A stretch of 64,000 nt of DNA from Eledone cirrhosa (Eukaryota): contig OZ024745.1 of the NCBI GenBank assembly GCA_964016885.1, positions 50,778,001 through 50,842,000 on the forward strand, in the 5' to 3' direction. The notes below the pieces were generated by a model. It saw nothing but the letters and a program-made list of their open reading frames with translations, made no database searches and was not told where the DNA came from. Numbering within the stretch: position 1 is the stretch's first letter; the number at the start of each line of letters is the position of its first letter. The translations under genes were made by a program, and so were the position numbers. This document shows positions 11,966-24,763 of the stretch, piece by piece.

Positions 11966-12758
11966 TTGTGTCTCCTGTGTGTTTTGTCTTATCTTGTTAT
12001 CCTGTGTTTGTGTGCTGTGTCTAAAAAATGATTACGGAAGTTGTGGTGGCTGCTGAAGTTTGGATGTCTCTTATGGTTGTGTTGGCCCCCGCTGTTGTTG
12101 TTAGATGGTGTGTAGCTGTGGTGGTTGTTGAAGTTAGGTTGTATCGTGTGGTTGTATTGAGCCCTGCTGATGTTGTTGTAGGGTGTGTAGATTTGATGGA
12201 CGTGGTTATAGGGTATGAAGTTGTGGTGGTTGTTGAAGTCGGGTTGTATCGTATGGTTGTGTTGAGCACTGCTGTTGTTGTAGGGTGTGTAGACTTGGTG
12301 GTAGTTGTAGTAGCGTTGTCTTGTGTGGTTATATTGAGTCCTGCTGTTGCTGTTATATGGTGTGTAGTTATGGTGGTTGTAGTGGTTAGGGTGTCTCGTG
12401 TGGTTGTATTGTCCCCTGCTGGTGTTGTTGTAGTAGGATGTGGTTAGTGGGGGAGGGTAGATTAAGGTTCCCTTATAGTTGGTGTGTGGTTGTGAGGTCC
12501 TATTTTGGGTTCTATGTTGGAAGTAATGATGGTTGTGGGTTTGTTGTGTGGGGATGTTAGGGGGGTTGTAAGTGTGTAGGATTCTATGGTTTCTCCTGGT
12601 GGCAGAGAAGTTGTAGTGTCTATCTTGTAGCTGATGTTTCTCTATTACTATATTTGTTGCTTGGGAATCCGTGTGGTAGTTATGTGGAGGGTGTAGGGGG
12701 TAGGGACGACATGATGCCTTCTTTTTTTGGTATGTGGGGAGGTATTGTTTTTTTGTTG

Positions 12759-13544
12759 TTGCCTATCTGCTGGGTCATTTCTATGTTTAGATATTATTCT
12801 AATTTCTATGTTGTCTATGTTACCGTCGTGTTGTTGTCTGGCATGTTCGTATATACGAACATGCCAGACAACGACACGACGGTAACATAGACAACATAGA
12901 AATTAGAATAATATCCAAACATATATATGACCCAGCAGAGAGGCAAATCAGAGAGGCCAGTGAAATAGAACTTAGAAGGCCAAGGCTAAACAGAAAAAAT
13001 GAATGGAATAACAACAACACCCAAACAAACAACACTGACCTAAGAGAAGTATAAATAAGTAAATAAATAGATAACTAAATAAATACATACACAAGCACAA
13101 TAACAACAAACACATATAAACACACACTAGTAAAGATAGAATACATTAACCAATACACATTCACCCAAACACGAACACACATCAAACAAAACACTATACA
13201 CACACGCAAACGCATGCGCAAAGAAGACAAAAAACAACAAATAAATAAATATATAAACAGACTAAATAAAGATGGCGTAGACATACAATGCAACGGGAGG
13301 AAACAATAGCACCACTGACGATGTTGCAGATGTGCAACGAAAGAACTTTGATAGACTATATATGTGTGTTTGTGTCTATATTGTATCTCTATTTTTGACC
13401 GTTGGTCAGTCAATGGCAACATTGAGGACCGAATAAATGAAATTAACCAATATAAAAGACACAGAAGCGAAAACCAACCAAACAGTGAGTGTGTTGTGTT
13501 ATAAATTCTGCCAATATTACACAAATATGACCCTCCCCAAGTAT

Positions 13545-13550
<6 letters not shown>
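12759..13550 (+). mobile_element. 5'-truncated PLE of a third family: GIY-YIG C-terminus plus 3' UTR, with 94-bp 5' fold-back, ending in (TA)n
   Basis: 12854-13054 reads YEHARQRHDGNIDNIEIRIISKHIYDPAERQIREASEIELRRPRLNRKNEW, like the end of the endonuclease at 1966-2150; palindrome 12759-12946; UTR repeated at 15449 and 55199. Confidence 0.8.
13309..13354 (+). ncRNA. Hammerhead-like motif with decayed stem I
   Basis: acca CTGACGA t gttgca gatg tgcaac GAAA gaac TT tgatag; second copy at 15653-15698 (-). Confidence 0.6.
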
Positions 13551-13596
<46 letters not shown>

Positions 13597-13699
13597 CACA
13601 CACGCATATATATATATATAAATATATAAATGTAAGTATGTATACGTACATACATATATGTATACAGACGTACAGCATATGTATATACATACATACATG

Positions 13700-13752
<53 letters not shown>

Positions 13753-13771
13753 GTATGGGTTTACCGAATAT

Positions 13772-14083
13772 TTATTATAATGCTCGGTTTGTTTGTAAAC
13801 AAACAGCCCGAATTAAGCCTTACAGTGTTCGGCAACCATCGTTGCCATTTTGTTCAACACTGACAAAGGAACGATTAGATAGTTTCTCGCTTATTAGCTG
13901 TCATCAGCACCGTATACCTTCGTGTCAGTCGATTGAATGTTTGAAAGTATATACTTTCCTTATGCATATTAACGGCTGAGCAGCCTAATTTGCATATCGA
14001 GTGAGTTAGTCGGCCGGGCGCACCGAAAACGATAAATGGAAAAAATGAAATTTCTTTTCTCACTCTTAGTACGGCTGATACTT
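13772..14083 (-). mobile_element. Short HHR-bearing element flanked by a long direct duplication
   Basis: About 180 bp shared with 15041-15215; HHR relic at 13872-13912; flanks 13628-13771 and 14084-14190 are duplicates. Confidence 0.65.
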
Positions 14084-14191
14084 AAATGTAAGTATGTATA
14101 CGTACATACATATATGTATACAGACGTACAGCAGTATGTATATACATACATGCACACACATATATATATGTACGCATGGGTTTACCGAACA

Positions 14192-14680
14192 TCTATATAT
14201 TAATTTCAACAATGTCAGTATTCCGTGTGTCATAATTCTTGATTATCATTGGTTCATAGGTTTCAAACTCTCCGCCAACCTCAACGACGCCAAACTTAAA
14301 TTAATATGCATAATGCCAATGAGGGAGTGAGAGCGGAGAGTAAGAAACAGAGAGGCAAAGTGAACGCTGTAACTATTACCATGTGTGCGTGTGTATGTAC
14401 GTGCGCGTATGTTTATGTGTGCGTGCGTGCAGCGTCCCACAGAAAGTAAAAGCAATTCTACTTTATCAAACAGTGAACTACAGCGGTGACGGCGTGCAGC
14501 CAGGAATGAAGAAAAACGGGCCGAAAAGCGCCATCGGAACGCCGAACTTCAGAGGCGAAGACGTGCCGCCATGAATGAAGAGGAGCTGGCTGAACAACGC
14601 CAACGAAACACTGGAACCAAGCAGCGACGGCGTGCTGCGATAGTTGAAGACGAACTGGCTGAGCATCATCTTTTATATTA
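14192..14680 (+). mobile_element. Probable Helitron 5' fragment with STPR-like 23-aa repeats
   Basis: Starts A|TCTATATATT; 14469-14670 reads NSELQR*RRAARNEEKRAEKRHR NAELQRRRRAAMNEEELAEQRQR NTGTKQRRRAAIVEDELAEHH. Confidence 0.55.
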
Positions 14681-14684
14681 ATTA

Positions 14685-15040
14685 TCTATATCTATATCTA
14701 CATATAATATAAAAGATTGAAACTTCCATCATCCTTTTATGAAACGTGGAACAACCACGTCTATGCAATGATACACCTTTTACAGTCAGGCAGATGACCC
14801 ATCTCCTAGAGGTCACTATTCTAGATGAGAGCACCTAGAATTGTTCATATACTATGCACAAACGGTACAACGAAGAATCTGGTATATCTGGAAGATATTT
14901 TTTACTGTTTTTTGTATCATACAGACACCACGGACTCGCCTCATACTGTAATCAGACAAACATCCAATACAGTCATTTTCTCTTTTACCTCTCTTCTCTT
15001 ATCATCTGTTTACCCGGGCGAAGCTGGGTACGTCAGCTAG
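14685..15040 (+). mobile_element. Non-autonomous Helitron
   Basis: A|TCTATATC...; 3' hairpin acccgg-gcgaag-ctgggt followed by CTAG|T. Confidence 0.8.
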
Positions 15041-15141
15041 TTTATTATAATGTTCGGTTTGTTTGTAAACAAACAGCCCGAATTAAGCCGTACAATGTTC
15101 GGCAACCATCGTTGCCATTTTGTTCAACACTGACAAAGAAA

Positions 15142-15182
15142 CGATGAACTAGTTTCAAGCTTCTTAGCTGTCATCAGCACGG
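15142..15182 (-). ncRNA. Minimal type I hammerhead in a short element (15041-about 15390) with fold-back at 15210-15270
   Basis: ccgtg CTGATGA c agct aaga agct t GAAA ctag TT catcg; the sister copy supplies cggtg, giving a 5-bp stem I. Confidence 0.7.
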
Positions 15183-15389
15183 TATACCTTCTTGTCAGAT
15201 GATTGAACGTTTGACGGCTATTTCTGGACTGAAATAGCCGTCCAAAAATAGTCCAGAAATAGCCGTCAAAACGGCTCGAGTTCTGCCGTTGGGGGTCTTG
15301 AACATTTCCCTATTACCCACTCTACTACCCTAAGTATTGAGTACTCTCGTGCGTTATGGTCCACCTGGTTCCTTACCACACCTCCTTCG

Positions 15390-15448
<59 letters not shown>

Positions 15449-15453
<5 letters not shown>

Positions 15454-15755
15454 ATACTTGGGGAGGGTCATATTTGTGTAATATTGCCAGAATTAATAAC
15501 AGAACACACTCACTGTTTGGTTGGTTTTCGCTTTTCGCTTCTGTGTCTTTTATATCGGTAATCTAATATACTCGGTCCTCAATGTTGCCATTGATTGACC
15601 GACGGTCAAAAATAATACAGATACAATATAGACACAAACACATATATATAGTTTATCATAAATCTTTCGTTGCACATCTGCAACATCGTCAGTGGTGGTA
15701 TTGTTTCCTCCTGTTGAATTGTATGGCTACGCCATTTTTATTCAGTCTGTCTATA
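15449..15755 (-). mobile_element. PLE 3' UTR fragment (same family as 13250-13550) between (TA)n tracts
   Basis: Reverse complement of about 13255-13550, including the hammerhead core. Confidence 0.85.
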
Positions 15756-15846
<91 letters not shown>

Positions 15847-15958
15847 GAGATGAATAAATTGGGTATAATACCAGTTTCTTACCAAATGCGAAGAAGCTCA
15901 ATATATTAACCCCTTAGGAAAGGACACAGAGCATAATTTAAAAAAATATATATATACA

Positions 15959-16184
15959 CAGTGGCGGTGGAACTGGGGGGGGGGGGGGGGGCATGCCCCC
16001 TCCAATAATTATATTTTCTCCCCAAACTACCCAAACACACACATCTATTTGGATATGGGCTACAATTTATGTATATGTTATGTTTATCGCATATCGAAGT
16101 TTTCTGATCATTTCAGAGTGCAAACTAAATTATCCCAATTCCCCCCCTCCCCCAACCAATTCAGAAATGCTTACACCGCCCCTG
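15959..16184. mobile_element. hAT-like MITE
   Basis: TIRs cagtggcggtg / caccgcccctg with G- and C-run subterminal sequence. Confidence 0.65.
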
Positions 16185-19100
16185 CGCATGTACATATGCG
16201 CTCACACAAATATACTTATTTTATCTTGCTTCATACAATTGCTAAATATGCAACACTCGTCCGTTATTTAGTTCTCCCACTGCTGATATACTTGCAATGG
16301 TAAATTGTGTCTATATCAGCTACTATTTAGAGTTTGTTGGACTGGGCCATTGAGGGTTACGCGTATTGACTATGGATATAAAGCAGTACTGGTGAACAGA
16401 GAAACAAATCGACATTTCAGCTGAAAATTGGTCGAAAACTACAAACTGGATTCAAAAAACGATACCAGAAGTATTATTCTCACTGAATATGGTATATAAT
16501 GAAACAATTTTAGTGGCAAGTATTAAGTGCATCATTTAAAATTATTTTTTACTTCAAAGAAAGGTATTCCCATTTATCTTACTGAAAAAAATATTTACAA
16601 TCATTTATCAAACTCTTGGGACCATTGAGAATGTTGACTTTAGAAAAGTTCAAATAACTAGTGACATTCTAATGTGTTTCAGGCTCAGAAATGGATTTGA
16701 TCACGAATATTGACTCTACTATACTGTACTTAGTTGAACCTCATGGGGCTGTTTATTAAACCGTACACTTGGACTTAGAAATTTTTGAAAAATACATTCT
16801 ATTTTGATATTTCATGTTGGTGTTAATTAGCACATCTGTTGATATGCTCATAAATATATTTTTAGTGCTTAAAAGACTTCGTGTTTATAACGAAGTAAAA
16901 GGGGTTTTGTTAAGTTCATTCAGGGTCATTAATAGCCTAACATCACCATCTGACCCTTTGGTACCTTTATCGAAGCTGAATGTGTTGCAATCATTGGGAC
17001 CAAGTTTCTAGTCCGAGGATAACTCGATATCATCGTATGCGGTTTCCTGTATCTCCTCTCCCCTTCTTCATCACAAAGGTCATACGTCATGTTCTCCGTC
17101 ACTAAGACTTAAAACAGAGTAGCGTGTTATGGTGATAACTAAGAAAAAAAATGTGACCTAAATTCCATTCACTGGGATTTTGCCGAATATTGTAGTGGTT
17201 CACTAATCTGTTGACAAATACTAAATTCTTTTTCGTTAAGCACGAAGTCTCACATTTTTAGCAAGTGGGTGAGATGCTGGGAGGTTCATGCCCTTCTCAA
17301 CAGCGTAACTAAAAATGATATAAATTGGTTATTTCGCAACTTCCACATAGGCAGTGCTTGTTGCGACAGAGGCAAATATTAAAACTAAGTTTTAGTTGAT
17401 TAAAGTCGATTAAATTATTTATGTTTTAATCAATATAATTAAATATTTGTTTCTTTCGATACTCTTAAAACATTCGACTAGCTTTGCTTCAGCATATAAT
17501 GTTGAATGTCAAGAAACAAGAGAAACCAAATAAATATCTATCCATTTTATTATAAATATTTCTTTCATGAGAAAATCTTTCATGAAAATTGTTTACAATA
17601 TTACTAGAATATAGCATTCTTTTCACCAGACACAGAAAAGGAGATACATTTCCGATAAGTTACTATATTTTATATTAGTTATTCTCCCAATCATCTTGGG
17701 AAAGAAAGATGCTACTTTTCATCTTTCTTCTTATTGTTCCGTGCGATGTATTGAACCATAACCTGATCTTTTTCTTGGCTTTAGCGAAGTCTAGTCAATT
17801 GCTAATTATTCTAGTCAGGTCTACGGGTTTTTTTCGTCGTTTTCTAAATAATTTCAGGTTTGTGGGTTGTAATAATTTTACTTACGTAAGCAGAATTTTT
17901 GTAGATATATGAATATCACCACTTCCAATTTCTGTTCTAATGAATATATATCTAGTCACTTACTAAGTGGGACAAAATCAATGTTTCATAAAACTGCTGA
18001 AGGATAGGTCATATTATGTTAAAGGATATAGTCAATATTGAGTTCTACCCGACGATTCAAGGACTCTGCTGATGCTTATATACCGCACATATTTGTAACT
18101 TGGTTCGTGTAAAATATTTGCTACTATCGCTCAAGTCATTTTGTTTTTTCTTCTCAGGTTTGCTTTATGATTCATGTATGATATTGCCACAGTAAATGTC
18201 TGGTAGCTGGTTACTATAAAATGTTTCTGCTGTAGCGAAGTTAATTTAGCTTTCACTTGTAATTCATAATATTATTAATTACCAAATAAGAACAGTTTCC
18301 TGCAGACCTAATTGCATTTTCTTCTGACAAAATGGCAGCCAATATTTCAATAAGTGTTAAAAGCATAAATACATTAAAATTTAATTTTAATACTCTTTGC
18401 TTAAATCGAGGCAAATGGTCTAATATGACGATGGGTTTAATATTTCATCAAATACGCTACAGCGTTTTGTTTAAGTTTCTCACCTTCACACATCCATGTT
18501 ATATGTGTAATCAGACAAATAAAACTTAGTCTGGGGAACTGTTCTTTTCTCTCCCTCTCTCTGTAATCTGATCTTAGTCTCAACTGACATTGTATATATT
18601 TTGTTGATAGACAAATTATCTAGCCTTGTACTCGTAAACGACTTTATTACAACGTCTTGGCCTTGTTTTTCTCATACAACGACGTGAGTCTGTTAAACGA
18701 GAATAAGTAGCTACAATATTGCTGCAGTGACTGGTGAATAATACATCAGATGTTCAGTTCAAGAATGAAATTTTCTTTTATTTATCTGTCTAAGACAGAT
18801 ATATTACAATAACATAAAACACACATAAACTCCAAATAAATAGAAAAGCAGCAATAGGAAAGCTCAAGAGCACACACACACCCACACACACATGTTTATA
18901 TATATATATGTCCTCTCTTTCTCTTAATTTTGAGTATATTTTTGACTGGCGAACTTCCCGGAGGCAAGATTGTAAAGAAAAATAAATTGTCACCATCCAT
19001 TGTGTAAGAGTTTATTCTTTGAATCGGAAGAATGTTTTACAGATTTTGATGGTTCCATTTGAAGCTTATGAATTAAGAAGCTACGCACTTTCTCCACAAA

Positions 19101-20559
19101 TCGAAGTTCAGTTATACCTTGATCTAATTGGGTTGATATACAACCTGTAGCGCCACTAATAACGGGTATGAAGCTGAATGTGTATTTTGGATACTGGATC
19201 TGCAATCTATATGTATGCACGTATGTATGTATTATGTATGTGTGTGTGAACAAATATTCATACAAACTCGCCCGAATATACAGAAACAGTAGTACATTAT
19301 CTTTAAGCCATACCCTACAACCTCAAAAATGAGTACCTTAGATAGTGTAGTCATGGACATACAAAAATAAGGGTTGGTCTTGGTTGGAACATTCTTGATC
19401 ATAGATCCATTAGATTAGGGCTGATCTGGAGCTAGAGCACAACAACACTAGCAGTAGTGACAACAATGGCTCATAACCCATCCTTAGTTTTCAATTTTGT
19501 AAAGCTAAGCAGATAAACAATGAATGGTTTATTTGCTACAGATATTTCCAGAACATCCGAAACCTCTTCCGACCAAAAGGGAAACTGAATGAAGTACAAT
19601 TTAAATTTCTACATAATTTCGCCCAAACACCAGCCGTACTGGAGGCCAATATTTTGAGAACCGAATACCTTATTCAATCCTGTGGTATTCTGCCTCTAAT
19701 ACGAAGTATATATGACCTTTTTGACCCCAGGTTATAGAGAAAGTCACACATTCTAATCTTTGTAAACGCTGAGATAAACCTCAACTATCCGATTCACTTT
19801 TAAGCAATTTAAAGTTGGAGTCTTTACCTTAACCTGCCTATGCGCTTAATATTAGCATTTTAATGAAAATATCCCCTTAAAAATTATATTATCACATGTT
19901 TGAATCACAAGTTAATTGATCCTTGTCCTTTGGTGTAATCGCCCCATCATTGGAATCAAGTTATAGCGCTATTATATAAGAAATATAACCAAAAATATGA
20001 TTTTATGATAAAGCAAAATGTCGTTGAAGTTAAATGTCAGCGATATCTTATATAAATGTTGGCCGCCCGTGTGCACTAGAACTGAAAGTAAAACACAAGC
20101 TAGGAAGACTCAGAATTACATAATTTCTTTCTTCTCCATCCTATCCATCAGTTTATCTCAAATGGTTTTCTCGTTATTTTCTTGATTATACAGTATTATA
20201 TGTACTATATCTCTAGTAAAGCCGACAACCTTTAGTGTCTTGAAACGGAAGTACAACTGTCAAGATAATTTGGATCGCTTATATTTTATTAAGTCAGTTA
20301 TTATAAAATAACTATCATATGAGCCAGCCAGGGAGCATCTAAATAATTGCTTGAATTGTTAGAAATAACAATGAAATTTTCCTCAAATTACACTTTACAC
20401 TCTTCAAATGGAAGGACACTGAATATTGTGGTCTTAGTTATACTATGCCTAAAAATAAAAACAAATGGCTTTTACCGAAAAGAATGGGGAATGAGGCTAT
20501 GATCGAAACCTAAGCTTCAGATAAATCGTCTTAACAATCCAACGAAGTATTAATAGTTT

Positions 20560-22070
20560 AATTGGGAATCAAAACAAAAATACTGTTACACACACCAAAT
20601 ACAACACTAGCATTCTCTCTAACTCTGGCATTGGAGTTCACTTAAACATGCTCAACATGTCCTGGTTTTCAAATAGTAGAAGTAACACTAGAGCTCCCTT
20701 TACATCCTAAACAAATCCCACGAACACACATATCTCACCAAGCCAACTGCAATAATACCTCTTCAGATATCACTTTCTTTTTCACGAACACAGCTACCAC
20801 AAATACTTGAGAAAAAAACCCTAACTCTCCCTGGACTAGCTACCAATTATCATAGCAATTATCTTATATATTAATTAATGAACAAAAGAAAATTATTTTC
20901 AGAAACTTAACAAATTCCGAGTTGAATGAGTTCCACCAAAAAACAGAATTCAACACCACAACCACCAACATAGTGGCATCATCACAGAGTAATATAAAAT
21001 AAATACAGCTTTAGTCAGATATAAACTGACCGACCGAAAAAAAAAAAAGAACAGGAGCCAAAACAAACACAACAGACAATAGCAATAACAAAGAAAATTA
21101 GTTGTAGAAAACACTGGTAAATATTTTTATCCAGTAAAACACTGGGGGAGTAATTAACAGCATCTACAAAAAACGGCCAAATCGCACTCAATGTCGCAAT
21201 AACAATCTCAAATCACATAGCTCACATAATTTTCATGCAACAAAATATCATAAAATGAAGACAGGATCCTCAAACGAAAAGAATGCACTTCACGTTGCTC
21301 ATGGTCTTGACCTCTTCCTTTCGGCACCCATTCAAAATGCAACAGGTAAATTTAAGAACTCAAAGTTTTCGGGACAAAGAAAATCATAAATGTACATCTA
21401 AATCATCTGGGTTGTGAAGGAATCAGTGTATTCACGAACATGTACAACTACTCGTTCCCACCCACCACTGTCAAAATCTGAAAGCTGGGCAAAGATCACA
21501 ATAAATCTAAAGCTCAATACACATGGCGATGCCCCATCATGGCCTCAGCCTGTCGGCTGGAAGATATAAAAGTGTAAAAGAATGAAGATCCTAATGAAGT
21601 AACATCATAGAGACACATTACAATCAATTTAGAAAGGCTAATGTTTGACGTCATCAACCCACATAATACCACGCCTCATATTACAATATGAATTCAGAGC
21701 CATTCCATTTAACCATCACACTACTCACAAACGTAACAGAAAGAGGTACATAATGGTTTCAACAATAACAAAAAGTAAATAAAATAAAAACAAAGCTAAA
21801 ACTTTCACAGCCGATTAAATCTCCCATCCTCACCGGATTTCAACTCTAGCCCCAACATCCAAACATATATGAAATACTGTACACCAAAGCTAAGAAATAG
21901 CAAAGGGTGGTAAACTATCTACATACCTGGTATACTAGTATACTAGAACACATCCAGTACTTTCTGTTTGTCGAGTGGAATACCACAAAAATCCATCCTC
22001 CCACCCTCTCCTTCCAAACATATATGACCTAGTCACCCCTCAAACAAGACTTGGTGAGGCTCTAAACTAG
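20560..22070 (+). mobile_element. Highly decayed LINE (CR1/Jockey-type RT) remnant
   Basis: AC-rich; remnants resembling DLxKAFD (about 21625-21650) and GIPQxSIL (about 21977-22005). Confidence 0.3.
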
Positions 22071-22098
22071 AGCACACCAGAACACCTAACAAATATTG

Positions 22099-22315
22099 GT
22101 TTCTTATATAGGCACAAGGCCAGTGATTTTGGGAGGAGGGGAAAGTCGATTAAATCGACTCCAGTGCGTGACTGGTACTTTATTTTATCGACGCCGTGAG
22201 GATGAAAGGCAAAGTTAACCTCGGCGGAATTTGAACTCAGATCATAAAGGGCCGTAACTCTTTGCTGCAAAGCATGGCGTCCGACTCTCTACCGATACTG
22301 CTAATCCACCGCCCT
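22099..22315 (-). mobile_element. Meta-domain SINE with 17-bp TSD
   Basis: Family head and domain; TSD acacctaacaaatattg on both sides. Confidence 0.9.
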
Positions 22316-22846
22316 CACACCTAACAAATATTGAAATCGCATTTGCCTTGTAATAATTCTGTACCCTTTGTGGATTGTAAAACCCTAAGCTGTAGTATGT
22401 TTAGCGTATGCCTCAACCCGGTACTGTCCTGATAATATACTAAAAGTCTGAGCTAAACCAAATTTTATGGATGGAATGGATAAACCGATGGAAGATTGTT
22501 GTGGTTTAGTTCCACGTCAACCTTTATTGAACGAAGATATTAATAAATGCATTGCATCCATACCATGCCGTCATTTTAAGGGTATCTAAGACTATATTAT
22601 TAGGGATATCTAGGAATATTTTCATTATTTTAAGCAACATGGTGTGATTTCAGGAGAAATTGAGTGCTATTTCTAGTAAATGAAGCGATCATGTATAGGC
22701 TCGCTTGTTTGCTCATTTGAGGCAACATAGAGTAAAAACATTCAGCCCGGAAACGCGAGCATCAGATTCCATTTCACGACCGATGAGCAGGCAGGTGGTC
22801 CAATACCTTCCTTATCCATTCGGCAACTTGGCCTCCTAGCCACTAT

Positions 22847-22906
<60 letters not shown>

Positions 22907-23430
22907 TCCTTCTCTTTTTCACACTTATACACTGTTTGAAAAAGTAACAAGTAGCAAAAATCAGCAGCAGTCAGGGCTGATTGTCAACGTACATTAATAC
23001 TAGATGCTACTGTTGACCTACCAGTGACATTAAGCTAGGATAGATTAAGGAAAAAAGATTTGAAATTCCAGTCAGTTATTTCGGGGAGTAGTAGGAGAGA
23101 GAACAAAAATGAAATACAGGAAGGAGATGTCAAGAATCTAATAAATAAGTAAATAAAATTAGCAAAAAATAATTAAAGATACAAATTCGGGGTCAATCAG
23201 GGCCTGCAGCCTCAATAGCAGAAGTTACAGGATAAAAAAAATAATATTCTCTGTTTTTCTTTTCTGTCTTTCTGTCTCCCTTTCCCCTCACTATGTCTAG
23301 CTATCAATCTCTTCCAGTTCATATCGCATGAGAACTGGAGAGAATGACGCTCACGTGTGAATTGGATAGTGGACGAATTTTGAACAAACCTTTACGTTCC
23401 TCTTCCATGCCCGCATAATAATAATAATGA

Positions 23431-24763
23431 TTTCTTTTATACCCACACAGGGCTCACATTAAGGTAACATTAAAGACGGTACAGGACGATACAGTGTTTT
23501 TTTTGTGTAAAATGAAATTTATAACAGAGACTAAGAAAAATAAATATTAAAAAAACAAACATAACCAATTCCCCAAAGGCGAAGAGACTCCAAGAGTTAC
23601 TCATCGAGAAATCCAACAAAAAGCCACGGTCACCCTGTCCACTAGGGAAAAGTGCTCTCTCCCAGTTGTTCTTCTCCAATCTACAGGCGTATGCTCAAGG
23701 CAGGCCCATTCACTCGGACCATACTCGCCACTCTCACCCACCTTTCAACAAACTGGTTGGAAGGCAGCACTTCCCTCTTTTGATTTTCCTCTTCAAGTGA
23801 AACCTGAACAAGTTGATCAGGACTTCACCACATGACCTTCTCCTCTAAAGGAAGACGGCGGGGGCAATCTTCACAATGGACTCAGTTGATAGTCGGATCT
23901 ATTTTACACGTGACTGTAGGTGTTCGACATAAACCTATAGGTCAGCAATACTTGGACACTCAATGAGTGCATGTAGGATGGTTTCGTCGCCATGTGCGCA
24001 CCTCGGACAGGCACGACTGAAGGCACTTCCATGCCTATAGAGTGTATCTCGAACTGGCAACGCTCAACGCTAGCACTCTCAGGCCAGGGATTTCTGAAAG
24101 TTGTCCATGGGCCCCGGACCGAAAGCTCTCTGGAAAATGGTGGCTAGTTGATTTTCATCAACACCAAGAGTATCCCCAAGAACATCGTCATTTTTTTTTG
24201 CCACTAACCCTCTATAGAACATTAAGATGGAGTTTCCACCGATCGTACTACCCGATTAGCTGAGGGCTGTCAGCGTTTGAAGACGTTCCAGCCTCCAAGC
24301 GCTCCCTCTCGGTCTTCGCTTGATCCAAGACTGCAGTTCCGTTAAGGAGAAGAGCTGAGGGAAAAACGTGTCTAACGAACAGCGACCACACCTGTTCACC
24401 CAGGAAAAGTTGGAGATATAGCCTCAGCGCATGTTTGCGCATCATCAACCACGGCATACCCAATTCTTCACGTAGCAGGTGTTGATAGCAGATGGACCGC
24501 CTGACTAATGGAACCTGACCCATCCACAAAAAGCGAAAGGCTAGACGTTCCAGTGCAGTCAGACGTGGGCTAGGACAATGCACGACAGCCAGGCGGTAGT
24601 AGATGATGGATGTCACCACCTCTGCCCGACCTTTCAAGGATAGCTTCCTCTTGGCCCATTCTTTGATGAGAGAGGCCACCTTGCACGTCACTTCGTCCCA
24701 GTTTGTGTCCATCTGGAGGTCTGGTTCAAACTAGACACCGAGTAATTTAACCGCTCCGTCCAG
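23431..24763 (-). mobile_element. L1/Tx1-type LINE, 3' fragment, decayed
   Basis: W..RKLSLKGRAEV, FLW.G..PLVRRSIC, CPRC; 3' end CCCTGTG..ATAAAAGAAA followed by (ATT)n. Confidence 0.85.

Larger units (their letters stand above)
9115..12758 (-). mobile_element. Penelope-like retroelement, Neptune-like
   Basis: VNLTS..LSKGLKFTPTP, EADKG, IPKTHK, LRPII, FDVINLYSNIP, GTAMGT, RYLDD, YYKPTD..SCHP; CGRPNCGIC linker before GIY-YIG (NLIYVLTCSGC..YIGQT); Thr-rich upstream region; 3' end at (TA)n. Confidence 0.9.
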
